A DNA stretch of 64,000 nucleotides from Haliotis rufescens (GCF_023055435.1 NW_025963813.1:5456001-5520000); one strand, 5' to 3'. Shown: positions 24,328 through 39,894, counted from the stretch's first letter. Made by a program: numbers and translations. Notes: generated from the letters alone by a model not told the origin.

Positions 24328-26777
24328 CCTGCCAGTTACGTTTATCCACTTGAGAATAAACGATTTGAATGTCGCTATTGTGATTCACCACACCTTATAT
24401 ACTTGTGGTTCAGGAAATCAGGATGTTGAATGTAAATGCCCTCATTGGAAGATTTTCGAAAAGAAAATTCCAAGCGACTTTTTACACCCTGAGAGCGTGA
24501 AGAGTGAATCTTTATTATGTAATATCACATGGGACGGTGTCACCTGCCTCTCTATTTTATGCATATCTTCCTGCATAATTATAAAAATCAAGCTGAGTAT
24601 TTGTGACCTAACCTGGCACCCAGTGGCTAGCTCACTGCTGGGAAGCATGATAGATTTAACTGTTCATCCAATGCAATTTCAAGCTACAGATGAATAGTGA
24701 GAAAAAAAATGAATGGAGAGAGAATTTATAAATGAATGACAAATGTTGAACTCCAGTATTTCGTTGAGTGCATGTATTGAGTCTAGTAGGCTACCATTAC
24801 TATGGGTCCAGGAGATTTATCAACCTATGTCAAATGCGTGTTTTAAAGCAAAATGTTATGGGAAGGTCATTATTCTTTTCTTCATAATGAAACTTGATGT
24901 GAAGAGGGAAATGTTCAAGTTTGAGATATATTTTCAAAGTTTGAATTCCTACTTTTATAATCTCAAAGCCACATTATCTTCTTTAATAAAACAAACTTCT
25001 TCTTTTTCTGTAACTAGCAAATCTTAAATTGCCGTTCAGGTAGCGCAACAATTACCAAAAATATCCAAACTGCTTTAATGAAAACGAACTTCATCTTATT
25101 TTCAAAAGAACTGATAATATCAATATTTATCATGATATGAACCCGGAAGTAGACACAGCTTTGTCTTGGCTAAACCGTCCTTAGTAGGCGTACGGATAAA
25201 AAACAAACGAGCAGGGTGTAACTGTGAGTTAGTGTTAGAGTGTGTGTCTGCGTTGTGGTCTGGAACTGGGTCTGTGTTTGAGTGTGAAAGTCCGGGCCAC
25301 ATTTAACTTGGTAACTGGCCCAAACCATATTTTTATAGATTGTCGTAAAATCTCAGCTCTCCACATCACATGTGGACATGATATACTAATCCATCAGACG
25401 AATACCTGATGTAACCACTATTTCCCCAGGAACATGTATGCGGTGGTGGTGGTACAACTAACGATCTATGACCCATGTATGACCCCCTTCCAGCCTTACC
25501 TGCCCACACCCATCAACAAAACTCCACCACCGGAGTTGAACATTCATCTGGCCTCAAAGCACAATGATTTTCCTTCTTTGCTATCTGCAGTGACATGTCA
25601 ACCCACATTAATTAATATCGTTCATAGGCTGTTCTTCTGTTGCATGACTAACCTGTCACTTATAACTTACACCGCAAACTACCAGCCTGGGTCCAGCAGC
25701 TCGATTTCCAAGTAACCACTGTCAACAATGGTCAGTGGAAGTATCGAGCCTAAACACACAGATCGACCTTTAAACTGGGGGTCAAATCATGGAAAGCTGG
25801 AGTCAATATCATGTACTCATTTGGGATCAAAACAAATTATCAAGAAAATACAATGTCGAATCTCATGTCAAGCAAAACATATCTGGCCCAGACTCAACAA
25901 ACCATCGAACAGAGCACTACATTCTCCTCTTTACCTTCCGGATCATGGTAAAACTTAAGGGACGTAACTGTGGTCTGAGGCCATCTGAGAGGGAATCTGC
26001 TTCCTTGAAGATTCATATTGCGCTGGATTCTTGAAAAGAACAAACAAATTTGGACTTGTTTTTTTGTGTGGGCTTTTCTAGAAATCTTGTTGTTTTATTG
26101 GACATCTGCTCTACCTTATAAGGCCTTAATGTTATCATCACCCCATGGGTGCACTGAGTCACACGTGTCACTTTTTTAGTTTGAACTTTCGCACGGCTGT
26201 AATTATAAAGTAGGTGGGCGTTTAGAGGCCGTAATGACAGTATGATACTAAAAGGGGACTCCGTGCATTTTCGGACAGAAATTGTCCACTTGCTTGGTTC
26301 AACATGTTTATAGGTTTACTCATCTGCCTTCGAGCTTCAGGACCTTTGTGGACAATGATTCTAATGTGACAATCACTGTGAAGGACATTGAAAAGTAAGC
26401 AGTGGAACTACAATTAACTACTTTTATAACGAACACGCTTATAACGAACTGACGGATATAAAGTATTGCCCTTAGGTCCCGGACTTTTGCTACATATATC
26501 CTGTATATGTGCTTATAATGAACTACGGTTATAACGAACTAAAATATGTGGTCCCTTTGAGTTCGTTATGACCGTGGTTTACTGTGGCTGATACTATCTT
26601 GAATTTGGTTGTACTTGAAGAAAATATAAGCCAAGAGAAAATTACAATATACATGGCAGTTTTATTTGTGCCCGTTGAGGAATATACAGCTTTGGTCGAT
26701 GCAGCATGGCGAGTGGAATCGACAAACATGATATCAAATGTCCAGCATTTGATGTGAATATGATGATACTTGAATGT

Positions 26778-27415
26778 TTAACCGTGGTGTCCGCCTCCAT
26801 GACCACCACCTCCATGGCCACCTCCGTGACCGCCACCGTGGCCTCCTCCATGACCTCCACCGTGACCTCCTCCATGACCTCCTCCATGGCCGCCACCTCC
26901 GTGTCCTCCGCCATGACCTCCTTTGCCGCCACCGTGGCCGCCACCTCCATGGCCGCCTCCTCCGTGTCCTTTGCCACCTCCGTGGCCACCTCCTCCGTGT
27001 CCTTTGCCACCTCCGTGACCACCTCCATGACCACCTCCGTGACCACCACCATGACCTCCTCCATGGCCGCCGCCTCCATGACCACCACCGTGGCCTCCAC
27101 CTCCATGACCACCACCACCATGGCCACCAAGGACGGAGCCAAGGAAGACTGTAAAGAATGTGAAGAAAAAACAATGCATAAGTGGTCATAGATGACAGGA
27201 TGCATACATACAAAATCCGTCTACCAATCCTAATAAATGTTTACATCATGGTAGAAACTATCCTGATCATAACGTTGTCAGTATTATCGTAAAGCCATTT
27301 AAAACTCAGCAATAGCTCATAAAGTTGATTATTAGAAAGCTTGGGAATGCGAATTCGCATCAGATAAGGCAAACGTACCCAAGACTACAACAACTGCAAC
27401 ATTAAGAAGGCGCAT
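26778..27415 (-). CDS. Gly/His-rich secreted protein copy 8 (135 aa); exons 27415-27379, 27148-26778
   Basis: Same splice sites and open frame. Confidence 0.9.
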
Positions 27416-29896
27416 CCTGCCAGTTACGTTTATCCACTTGAGAATAAACGATTTGAATGTCGCTATTGTGATTCACCACACCTTATATACTTGTGGTTCA
27501 GGAAATCAGGATGTTGAATGTAAATGCCCTCATTGGAAGATTTTCGAAAAGAAAATTCCAAGCGACTTTTTACACCCTGAGAGCGTGAAGAGTGAATCTT
27601 TATTATGTAATATCACATGGGACGGTGTCACCTGCCTCTCTATTTTATGCATATCTTCCTGCATAATTATAAAAATCAAGCTGTGTATTTGTGACCTAAC
27701 CTGGCACCCAGTGGCTAGCTCACTGCTGGGAAGCACGATAGATTTAACTGTTCATCCAATGCAATTTCAAGCTACAGATGATTAGTGAGAAAAAAAATGA
27801 ATGGAGAGAGAATTTATAAATGAATGACAAATGTTGAACTCCAGTATTTCGTTGAGTGCATGTATTGAGTCTAGTAGGCTACCATTACTATGGGTCCAGG
27901 AGGTTTATCAACCTATGTCAAATGCGTGTTTTAAAGCAAAATGTTATGGGAAGGTCATTATTCCTTTCTTCATAATGAAACTTGATGTGAAGAGGGAAAT
28001 GTTCAAGTTTGAGATATATTTTCAAAGTTTGAATTCCTACTTTTATAATCTCAAAGCCACATTATCTTCTATAATAAAACAAACTTCTTCTTTTTCTGTA
28101 ACTAGCAAATCTTAAATTGCCGTTCAGGTAGCGCAACAATTACCAAAAATATCCAAACTGCTTTAATGAAAACGAACTTCATCTTATTTTCAAAAGAACT
28201 GATAATATCAATATTTATCATGATATGAACCCGGAAGTAGACACAGCTTTGTCTTGGCTAAACCGTCCTTAGTAGGCGTACGGATAAAAAACAAACGAGC
28301 AGGGTGTAACTGTGAGTTAGTGTTAGAGTGTGTGTCTGCGTTGTGGTCTGGAACTGGGTCTGTGTTTGAGTGTGAAAGTCCGGGCCACATTTAACTTGGT
28401 AACTGGCCCAAACCATATTTTTATAGATTGTCGTAAAATCTCAGCTCTCCACATCACATGTGGACATGATATACTAATCCATCAGACGAATACCTGATGT
28501 AACCACTATTTCCCCAGGAACATGTATGCGGTGGTGGTGGTACAACTAACGATCTATGACCCATGTATGACCCCCTTCCAGCCCTACCTGCCCACACCCA
28601 TCAACAAAACTCCACCACCGGAGTTGAACATTCATCTGGCCTCAAAGCACAATGATTTTCCTTCTTTGCTATCTGCAGTGACATGTCAACCCACATTAAT
28701 TAATATCGTTCATAGGCTGTTCTTCTGTTGCATGACTAACCTGTCACTTACAACTTACACCGCAAACTACCAGCCTGGGTCCAGCAGCTCGATTTCCAAA
28801 TAACCACTGTCAACAATGGTCAGTGGAAGTATCGAGCCTAAACACACAGATCGACCTTTAAACTGGGGGTCAAATCATGGAAAGCTGGAGTCAATATCAT
28901 GTACTCATTTGGGATCAAAACAAATTATCAAGAGAATACAATGTCGAATCTCATGTCAAGCAAAACATATCTGGCCCAGACTCAACAAACCATCGAACAG
29001 AGCACTACGTTCTCCTCTTTACCTTCCGGGTCATGGTAAAACTTAAGGGACGTAACTGTGGTCTGAGGCCATCTGAGAGGGAATCTGCTTCCTTGAAGAT
29101 TCATATTGCGCTGGATTCTTGAAAAGAACAAACAAATTTGGACTTGTTTTTTTGTGTAGGCTTTTCTAGAAATCTTGTTGTTTTCTTAGACATCTTCTCT
29201 ACCTTATAAGGCCTTAATGTTATCATCACCCCATGGGTGCATTGAGTCACACGTGTCACTGTTTTAGTTTGAACATTCGCACGGCTGTAATTATAAAGTA
29301 GGTGGGCGTTTAGAGGCCGTAATGACAGTATGATACTAAAAGGGGACTCCGTGCATTTTCGGACAGAAATTGTCCACTTTCCGCATTTTCGGACAGAAAT
29401 TGTCCACTTGCTTGGTTCAACATGTTTATAGGTTTACTCATCTGCCTTCGAGCTTCAGGACCTTTGTGGACAATGATTCTAATGTGACAATCACTGTGAA
29501 GGACATTGAAACGTAAGCAGTGGAACTACAATTAACTACTTTTATAACGAACACGCTTATAACGAACTGACGGATATAAAGTATTGCCCTTAGGTCCCGG
29601 ACTTTTGCTACATATATCCTGTATATGTGCTTATAATGAACTACGGTTATAACGAACTAAAATATGTGGTCCCTTTGAGTTCGTTATGACCGTGGTTTAC
29701 TGTGGCTGATACTATCTTGAATTTGGTTGTACTTGAAGAAAATATAAGCCAAGAGAAAATTACAATATACATGGCAGTTTTATTTGTGCTCGTTGAGGAA
29801 TATACAGCTTTGGTCGATGCAGCATGGCGAGTGGAATCGACAAACATGATATCAAATGTCCAGCATTTGATGTGAATATGATGATACTTGAATGTT

Positions 29897-30567
29897 TTAA
29901 CCGTGGTGTCCGCCTCCATGACCACCACCTCCATGGCCACCTCCGTGACCGCCACCGTGGCCTCCTCCATGACCTCCACCGTGACCTCCTCCATGACCTC
30001 CTCCATGGCCGCCACCTCCGTGTCCTCCGCCATGACCTCCTTTGCCGCCACCGTGGCCGCCACCTCCATGGCCGCCTCCTCCGTGTCCTTTGCCACCTCC
30101 GTGGCCACCTCCTCCGTGTCCTTTGCCACCTCCGTGGCCACCTCCTCCGTGTCCTTTGCCACCTCCGTGACCACCTCCATGACCACCTCCGTGACCACCA
30201 CCATGACCTCCTCCATGGCCGCCGCCTCCATGACCACCACCGTGGCCTCCACCTCCATGACCACCACCACCATGGCCACCAAGGACGGAGCCAAGGAAGA
30301 CTGTAAAGAATGTGAAGAAAAAACAATGCATAAGTGGTCATAGATGACAGGATGCATACATACAAAATCCGTCTACCAATCCTAATAAATGTTTACATCA
30401 TGGTAGAAACTATCCTGATCATAACGTTGTCAGTATTATCGTAAAGCCATTTAAAACTCAGCAATAGCTCATAAAGTTGATTATTAGAAAGCTTGGGAAT
30501 GCGAATTCGGATAAGATAAGGCAAACGTACCCAAGACTACAACAACTGCAACATTAAGAAGGCGCAT
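29897..30567 (-). CDS. Gly/His-rich secreted protein copy 9, long variant (146 aa, extra 11-aa Lys-containing module); exons 30567-30531, 30300-29897
   Basis: In-frame 33-bp duplication; splice sites intact. Confidence 0.9.
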
Positions 30568-33017
30568 CCTGCCAGTTACGTTTATCCACTTGAGAATAAA
30601 CGATTTGAATGTCGCTATTGTGATTCACCACACCTTATATACTTGTGGTTCAGGAAATCAGGATGTTGAATGTAAATGCCCTCATTGGAAGATTTTCGAA
30701 AAGAAAATTCCAAGCGACTTTTTACACCCTGAGAGCGTGAAGAGTGAATCTTTATTATGTAATATCACATGGGACGGTGTCACCTGCCTCTCTATTTTAT
30801 GCATATCTTCCTGCATAATTATAAAAATCAAGCTGTGTATTTGTGACCTAACCTGGCACCCAGTGGCTAGCTCACTGCTGGGAAGCATGATAGATTTAAC
30901 TGTTCATCCAATGCAATTTCAAGCTACAGATGATTAGTGAGAAAAAAAATGAATGGAGAGAGAATTTATAAATGAATGACAAATGTTGAACTCCAGTATT
31001 TCGTTGAGTGCATGTATTGAGTCTAGTAGGCTGCCATTACTATGGGTCCAGGAGGTTTATCAACCTATGTCAAATGCGTGTTTTAAAGCAAAATGTTATG
31101 GGAAGGTCATTATTCCTTTCTTCATAATGAAACTTGATGTGAAGAGGGAAATGTTCAAGTTTGAGATATATTTTCAAAGTTTGAATTCCTACTTTTATAA
31201 TCTCAAAGCCACATTATCTTCTATAATAAAACAAACTTCTTCTTTTTCTGTAACTAGCAAATCTTAAATTGCCGTTCAGGTAGCGCAACAATTACCAAAA
31301 ATATCCAAACTGCTTTAATGAAAACGAACTTCATCTTATTTTCAAAAGAACTGATAATATCAATATTTATCATGATAGGAACCCGGAAGTAGACACAGCT
31401 TTGTCTTGGCTAAACCGTCCTTAGTAGGCGTACGGATAAAAAACAAACGAGCAGGGTGTAACTGTGAGTTAGTGTTAGTGTGTGTGTCTGCGTTTTGGTC
31501 TGGAACTGGGTCTGTGTTTGAGTGTGAAAGTCCGGGCCACATTTAACTTGGTAACTGGCCCAAACCATATTTTTATAGATTGTCGTAAAATCTCAGCTCT
31601 CCACATCACATGTGGACATGATATACTAATCCATCAGACGAATACCTGATGTAACCACTATTTCCCCAGGAACATGTATGCGGTGGTGGTGGTACAACTA
31701 ACGATCTATGACCCATGTATGACCCCCTTCCAGCCTTACCTGCCCACACCCATCAACAAAACTCCACCACCGGAGTTGAACATTCATCTGGCCTCAAAGC
31801 ACAATGATTTTCCTTCTTTGCTATCTGCAGTGACATGTCAACCCACATTAATTAATATCGTTCATAGGCTGTTCTTCTGTTGCACGACTAACCTGTCACT
31901 TATAACTTACACCGCAAACTACCAGCCTGGGTCCAGCAGCTCGATTTCCAAGTAACCACTGTCAACAATGGTCAGTGGAAGTATCGAGCCTAAACACACA
32001 GATCGACCTTTAAACTGGGGGTAAATCATGGAAAGCTGGAGTCAATATCATGTACTCATTTGGGATCAAAACAAATTATCAAGAAAATACAATGTCGAAT
32101 CTCATGTCAAGCAAAACATATCTGGCCCAGACTCAACAAACCATCGAACAGAGCACTACATTCTCCTCTTTACCTTCCGGATCATGGTAAAACTTAAGGG
32201 ACGTAACTGTGGTCTGAGGCCATCTGAGAGGGAATCTGCTTCCTTGAAGATTCATATTGCGCTGGATTCTTGAAAAGAACAAACAAATTTGGACTTGTTT
32301 TTTTGTGTGGGCTTTTCTAGAAATCTTGTTGTTTTATTGGACATCTGCTCTACCTTATAAGGCCTTAATGTTATCATCACCCCATGGGTGCACTGAGTCA
32401 CACGTGTCACTTTTTTAGTTTGAACTTTCGCACGGCTGTAATTATAAAGTAGGTGGGCGTTTAGAGGCCGTAATGACAGTATGATACTAAAAGGGGACTC
32501 CGTGCATTTTCGGACAGAAATTGTCCACTTGCTTGGTTCAACATGTTTATAGGTTTACTCATCTGCCTTCGAGCTTCAGGACCTTTGTGGACAATGATTC
32601 TAATGTGACAATCACTGTGAAGGACATTGAAACGTAAGCAGTGGAACTACAATTAACTACTTTTATAACAAACACGCTTATAACGAACTGACGGATATAA
32701 AGTATTGCCCTTAGGTCCCGGACTTTTGCTACATATATCCTGTATATGTGCTTATAATGAACTACGGTTATAACGAACTAAAATATGTGGTCCCTTTGAG
32801 TTCGTTATGACCGTGGTTTACTGTGGCTGATACTATCTTGAATTTGGTTGTACTTGAAGAAAATATAAGCCAAGAGAAAATTACAATATACATGGCAGTT
32901 TTATTTGTGCCCGTTGAGGAATATACAGCTTTGGTCGATGCAGCATGGCGAGTGGAATCGACAAACATGATATCAAATGTCCAGCATTTGATGTGAATAT
33001 GATGATACTTGAATGTT

Positions 33018-33655
33018 TTAACCGTGGTGTCCGCCTCCATGACCACCACCTCCATGGCCACCTCCGTGACCGCCACCGTGGCCTCCTCCATGACCTCCAC
33101 CGTGACCTCCTCCATGACCTCCTCCATGGCCGCCACCTCCGTGTCCTTCGCCATGACCTCCTTTGCCGCCACCGTGGCCGCCACCTCCATGGCCGCCTCC
33201 TCCGTGTCCTTTGCCACCTCCGTGGCCACCTCCTCCGTGTCCTTTGCCACCTCCGTGACCACCTCCATGACCACCTCCGTGACCACCACCATGACCTCCT
33301 CCATGGCCGCCGCCTCCATGACCACCACCGTGGCCTCCACCTCCATGACCACCACCACCATGGCCACCAAGGACGGAGCCAAGGAAGACTGTAAAGAATG
33401 TGAAGAAAAAACAATGCATAAGTGGTCATAGATGACAGGATGCATACATACAAAATCCGTCTACCAATCCTAATAAATGTTTACATCATGGTAGAAACTA
33501 TCCTGATCATAACGTTGTCAGTATTATCGTAAAGCCATTTAAAACTCAGCAATAGCTCATAAAGTTGATTATTAGAAAGCTTGGGAATGCGAATTCGCAT
33601 CAGATAAGGCAAACGTACCCAAGACTACAACAACTGCAACATTAAGAAGGCGCAT
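33018..33655 (-). CDS. Gly/His-rich secreted protein copy 10 (135 aa, G>E in HGEGH); exons 33655-33619, 33388-33018
   Basis: Same splice sites and open frame. Confidence 0.9.
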
Positions 33656-36104
33656 CCTGCCAGTTACGTTTATCCACTTGAGAATAAACGATTTGAATGT
33701 CGCTATTGTGATTCACCACACCTTATATACTTGTGGTTCAGGAAATCAGGATGTTGAATGTAAATGCCCTCATTGGAAGATTTTCGAAAAGAAAATTCCA
33801 AGCGACTTTTTACACCCTGAGAGCGTGAAGAGTGAATCTTTATTATGTAATATCACATGGGACGGTGTCACCTGCCTCTCTATTTTATGCATATCTTCCT
33901 GCATAATTATAAAAATCAAGCTGTGTATTTGTGACCTAACCTGGCACCCAGTGGCTAGCTCACTGCTGGGAAGCATGATAGATTTAACTGTTCATCCAAT
34001 GCAATTTCAAGCTACAGATGATTAGTGAGAAAAAAAATGAATGGAGAGAGAATTTATAAATGAATGACAAATGTTGAACTCCAGTATTTCGTTGAGTGCA
34101 TGTATTGAGTCTAGTAGGCTACCATTACTATGGGTCCAGGAGGTTTATCAACCTATGTCAAATGCGTGTTTTAAAGCAAAATGTTATGGGAAGGTCATTA
34201 TTCCTTTCTTCATAATGAAACTTGATGTGAAGAGGGAAATGTTCAAGTTTGAGATATATTTTCAAAGTTTGAATTCCTACTTTTATAATCTCAAAGCCAC
34301 ATTATCTTCTATAATAAAACAAACTTCTTCTTTTTCTGTAACTAGCACATCTTAAATTGCCGTTCAGGTAGCGCAACAATTACCAAAAATATCCAAACTG
34401 CTTTAATGAAAACGAACTTCATCTTATTTTCAAAAGAACTGATAATTTCAATATTTATCATGATATGAACCCGGAAGTAGACACAGCTTTGTCTTGGCTA
34501 AACCGTCCTTAGTAGGCGTACGGATAAAAAACAAACGAGCAGGGTGTAACTGTGAGTTAGTGTTAGAGTGTGTGTCTGCGTTGTGGTCTGGAACTGGGTC
34601 TGTGTTTGAGTGTGAAAGTCCGGGCCACATTTAACTTGGTAACTGGCCCAAACCATATTTTTATAGATTGTCGTAAAATCTCAGCTCTCCACATCACATG
34701 TGGACATGATATACTAATCCATCAGACGAATACCTGATGTAACCACTATTTCCCCAGGAACATGTATGCGGTGGTGGTGGTACAACTAACGATCTATGAC
34801 CCATGTATGACCCCCTTCCAGCCTTACCTGCCCACACCCATCAACAAAACTCCACCACCGGAGTTGAACATTCATCTGGCCTCAAAGCACAATGATTTTC
34901 CTTCTTTGCTATCTGCAGTGACATGTCAACCCACATTAATTAATATCGTTCATAGGCTGTTCTTCTGTTGCATGACTAACCTGTCACTTATAACTTACAC
35001 CGCAAACTACCAGCCTGGGTCCAGCAGCTCGATTTCCAAATAACCACTGTCAACAATGGTCAGTGGAAGTATCGAGCCTAAACACACAGATCGACCTTTA
35101 AACTGGGGGTAAATCATGGAAAGCTGGAGTCAATATCATGTACTCATTTGGGATCAAAACAAATTATCAAGAAAATACAATGTCGAATCTCATGTCAAGC
35201 AAAACATATCTGGCCCAGACTCAACAAACCATCGAACAGAGCACTACATTCTCCTCTTTACCTTCCGGATCATGGTAAAACTTAAGGGACGTAACTGTGG
35301 TCTGAGGCCATCTGAGAGGGAATCTGCTTCCTTGAAGATTCATATTGCGCTGGATTCTTGAAAAGAACAAACAAATTTGGACTTGTTTTTTTGTGTGGGC
35401 TTTTCTAGAAATCTTGTTGTTTTATTGGACATCTGCTCTACCTTATAAGGCCTTAATGTTATCATCACCCCATGGGTGCATTGAGTCACACGTGTCACTT
35501 TTTTAGTTTGACCATTCGCACGGCTGTAATTATAAAGTAGGTGGGCGTTTAGAGGCCGTAATGACAGTATGATACTAAAAGGGGACTCCGTGCATTTTCG
35601 GACAGAAATTGTCCACTTGCTTGGTTCAACATGTTTATAGGTTTACTCATCTGCCTTCGAGCTTCAGGACCTTTGTGGACAATGATTCTAATGTGACAAT
35701 CACTGTGAAGGACATTGAAACGTAAGCAGTGGAACTACAATTAACTACTTTTATAACAAACACGCTTATAACGAACTGACGGATATAAAGTATTGCCCTT
35801 AGGTCCCGGACTTTTGCTACATATATCCTGTATATGTGCTTATAATGAACTACGGTTATAACGAACTAAAATATGTGGTCCCTTTGAGTTCGTTATGACC
35901 GTGGTTTACTGTGGCTGATACTATCTTGAATTTGGTTGTACTTGAAGAAAATATAAGCCAAGAGAAAATTACAATATACATGGCAGTTTTATTTGTGCCC
36001 GTTGAGGAATATACAGCTTTGGTCGATGCAGCATGGCGAGTGGAATCGACAAACATGATATCAAATGTCCAGCATTTGATGTGAATATGATGATACTTGA
36101 ATGT

Positions 36105-36742
36105 TTAACCGTGGTGTCCGCCTCCATGACCACCACCTCCATGGCCACCTCCGTGACCGCCACCGTGGCCTCCTCCATGACCTCCACCGTGACCTCCTCC
36201 ATGACCTCCTCCATGGCCGCCACCTCCGTGTCCTCCGCCATGACCTCCTTTGCCGCCACCGTGGCCGCCACCTCCATGGCCGCCTCCTCCGTGTCCTTTG
36301 CCACCTCCGTGGCCACCTCCTCCGTGTCCTTTGCCACCTCCGTGACCACCTCCATGACCACCTCCGTGACCACCACCATGACCTCCTCCATGGCCGCCGC
36401 CTCCATGACCACCACCGTGGCCTCCACCTCCATGACCACCACCACCATGGCCACCAAGGACGGAGCCAAGGAAGACTGTAAAGAATGTGAAGAAAAAACA
36501 ATGCATAAGTGGTCATAGATGACAGGATGCATACATACAAAATCCGTCTACCAATCCTAATAAATGTTTACATCATGGTAGAAACTATCCTGATCATAAC
36601 GTTGTCAGTATTATCGTAAAGCCATTTAAAACTCAGCAATAGCTCATAAAGTTGATTATTAGAAAGCTTGGGAATGCGAATTCGCATCAGATAAGGCAAA
36701 CGTACCCAAGACTACAACAACTGCAACATTAAGAAGGCGCAT
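36105..36742 (-). CDS. Gly/His-rich secreted protein copy 11 (135 aa); exons 36742-36706, 36475-36105
   Basis: Same splice sites and open frame. Confidence 0.9.
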
Positions 36743-39223
36743 CCTGCCAGTTACGTTTATCCACTTGAGAATAAACGATTTGAATGTCGCTATTGTGATT
36801 CACCACACCTTATATACTTGTGGTTCAGGAAATCAGGATGTTGAATGTAAATGCCCTCATTGGAAGATTTTCGAAAAGAAAATTCCAAGCGACTTTTTAC
36901 ACCCTGAGAGCGTGAAGAGTGAATCTTTATTATGTAATATCACATGGGACGGTGTCACCTGCCTCTCTATTTTATGCATATCTTCCTGCATAATTATAAA
37001 AATCAAGCTGTGTATTTGTGACCTAACCTGGCACCCAGTGGCTAGCTCACTGCTGGGAAGCACGATAGATTTAACTGTTCATCCAATGCAATTTCAAGCT
37101 ACAGATGATTAGTGAGAGAAAAAATGAATGGAGAGAGAATTTATAAATGAATGACAAATGTTGAACTCCAGTATTTCGTTGAGTGCATGTATTGAGTCTA
37201 GTAGGCTACCATTACTATGGGTCCAGGAGGTTTATCAACCTATGTCAAATGCGTGTTTTAAAGCAAAATGTTATGGGAAGGTCATTATTCCTTTCTTCAT
37301 AATGAAACTTGATGTGAAGAGGGAAATGTTCAAGTTTGAGATATATTTTCAAAGTTTGAATTCCTACTTTTATAATCTCAAAGCCACATTATCTTCTATA
37401 ATAAAACAAACTTCTTCTTTTTCTGTAACTAGCAAATCTTAAATTGCCGTTCAGGTAGCGCAACAATTACCAAAAATATCCAAACTGCTTTAATGAAAAC
37501 GAACTTCATCTTATTTTCAAAAGAACTGATAATATCAATATTTATCATGATATGAACCCGGAAGTAGACACAGCTTTGTCTTGGCTAAACCGTCCTTAGT
37601 AGGCGTACGGATAAAAAACAAACGAGCAGGGTGTAACTGTGAGTTAGTGTTAGAGTGTGTGTCTGCGTTGTGGTCTGGAACTGGGTCTGTGTTTGAGTGT
37701 GAAAGTCCGGGCCACATTTAACTTGGTAACTGGCCCAAACCATATTTTTATAGATTGTCGTAAAATCTCAGCTCTCCACATCACATGTGGACATGATATA
37801 CTAATCCATCAGACGAATACCTGATGTAACCACTATTTCCCCAGGAACATGTATGCGGTGGTGGTGGTACAACTAACGATCTATGACCCATGTATGACCC
37901 CCTTCCAGCCCTACCTGCCCACACCCATCAACAAAACTCCACCACCGGAGTTGAACATTCATCTGGCCTCAAAGCACAATGATTTTCCTTCTTTGCTATC
38001 TGCAGTGACATGTCAACCCACATTAATTAATATCGTTCATAGGCTGTTCTTCTGTTGCATGACTAACCTGTCACTTACAACTTACACCGCAAACTACCAG
38101 CCTGGGTCCAGCAGCTCGATTTCCAAATAACCACTGTCAACAATGGTCAGTGGAAGTATCGAGCCTAAACACACAGATCGACCTTTAAACTGGGGGTCAA
38201 ATCATGGAAAGCTGGAGTCAATATCATGTACTCATTTGGGATCAAAACAAATTATCAAGAGAATACAATGTCGAATCTCATGTCAAGCAAAACATATCTG
38301 GCCCAGACTCAACAAACCATCGAACAGAGCACTACATTCTCCTCTTTACCTTCCGGATCATGGTAAAACTTAAGGGACGTAACTGTGGTCTGAGGCCATC
38401 TGAGAGGGAATCTGCTTCCTTGAAGATTCATATTGCGCTGGATTCTTGAAAAGAACAAACAAATTTGGACTTGTTTTTTTGTGTGGGCTTTTCTAGAAAT
38501 CTTGTTGTTTTCTTAGACATCTTCTCTACCTTATAAGGCCTTAATGTTATCATCACCCCATGGGTGCATTGAGTCACACGTGTCACTGTTTTAGTTTGAA
38601 CATTCGCACGGCTGTAATTATAAAGTAGGTGGGCGTTTAGAGGCCGTAATGACAGTATGATACTAAAAGGGGACTCCGTGCATTTTCGGACAGAAATTGT
38701 CCACTTTCCGTATTTTCGGACAGAAATTGTCCACTTGCTTGGTTCAACATGTTTATAGGTTTACTCATCTGCCTTCGAGCTTCAGGACCTTTGTGGACAA
38801 TGATTCTAATGTGACAATCACTGTGAAGGACATTGAAACGTAAGCAGTGGAACTACAATTAACTACTTTTATAACAAACACGCTTATAACGAACTGACGG
38901 ATATAAAGTATTGCCCTTAGGTCCCGGACTTTTGCTACATATATCCTGTATATGTGCTTATAATGAACTACGGTTATAACGAACTAAAATATGTGGTCCC
39001 TTTGAGTTCGTTATGACCGTGGTTTACTGTGGCTGATACTATCTTGAATTTGGTTGTACTTGAAGAAAATATAAGCCAAGAGAAAATTACAATATACATG
39101 GCAGTTTTATTTGTGCTCGTTGAGGAATATACAGCTTTGGTCGATGCAGCATGGCGAGTGGAATCGACAAACATGATATCAAATGTCCAGCATTTGATGT
39201 GAATATGATGATACTTGAATGTT

Positions 39224-39894
39224 TTAACCGTGGTGTCCGCCTCCATGACCACCACCTCCATGGCCACCTCCGTGACCGCCACCGTGGCCTCCTCCATGAC
39301 CTCCACCGTGACCTCCTCCATGACCTCCTCCATGGCCGCCACCTCCGTGTCCTCCGCCATGACCTCCTTTGCCGCCACCGTGGCCGCCACCTCCATGGCC
39401 GCCTCCTCCGTGTCCTTTGCCACCTCCGTGGCCACCTCCTCCGTGTCCTTTGCCACCTCCGTGGCCACCTCCTCCGTGTCCTTTGCCACCTCCGTGACCA
39501 CCTCCATGACCACCTCCGTGACCACCACCATGACCTCCTCCATGGCCGCCGCCTCCATGACCACCACCGTGGCCTCCACCTCCATGACCACCACCACCAT
39601 GGCCACCAAGGACGGAGCCAAGGAAGACTGTAAAGAATGTGAAGAAAAAACAATGCATAAGTGGTCATAGATGACAGGATGCATACATACAAAATCCGTC
39701 TACCAATCCTAATAAATGTTTACATCATGGTAGAAACTATCCTGATCATAACGTTGTCAGTATTATCGTAAAGCCATTTAAAACTCAGCAATAGCTCATA
39801 AAGTTGATTATTAGAAAGCTTGGGAATGCGAATTCGGATAAGATAAGGCAAACGTACCCAAGACTACAACAACTGCAACATTAAGAAGGCGCAT
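39224..39894 (-). CDS. Gly/His-rich secreted protein copy 12, long variant (146 aa); exons 39894-39858, 39627-39224
   Basis: Same 33-bp duplication as copy 9. Confidence 0.9.
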
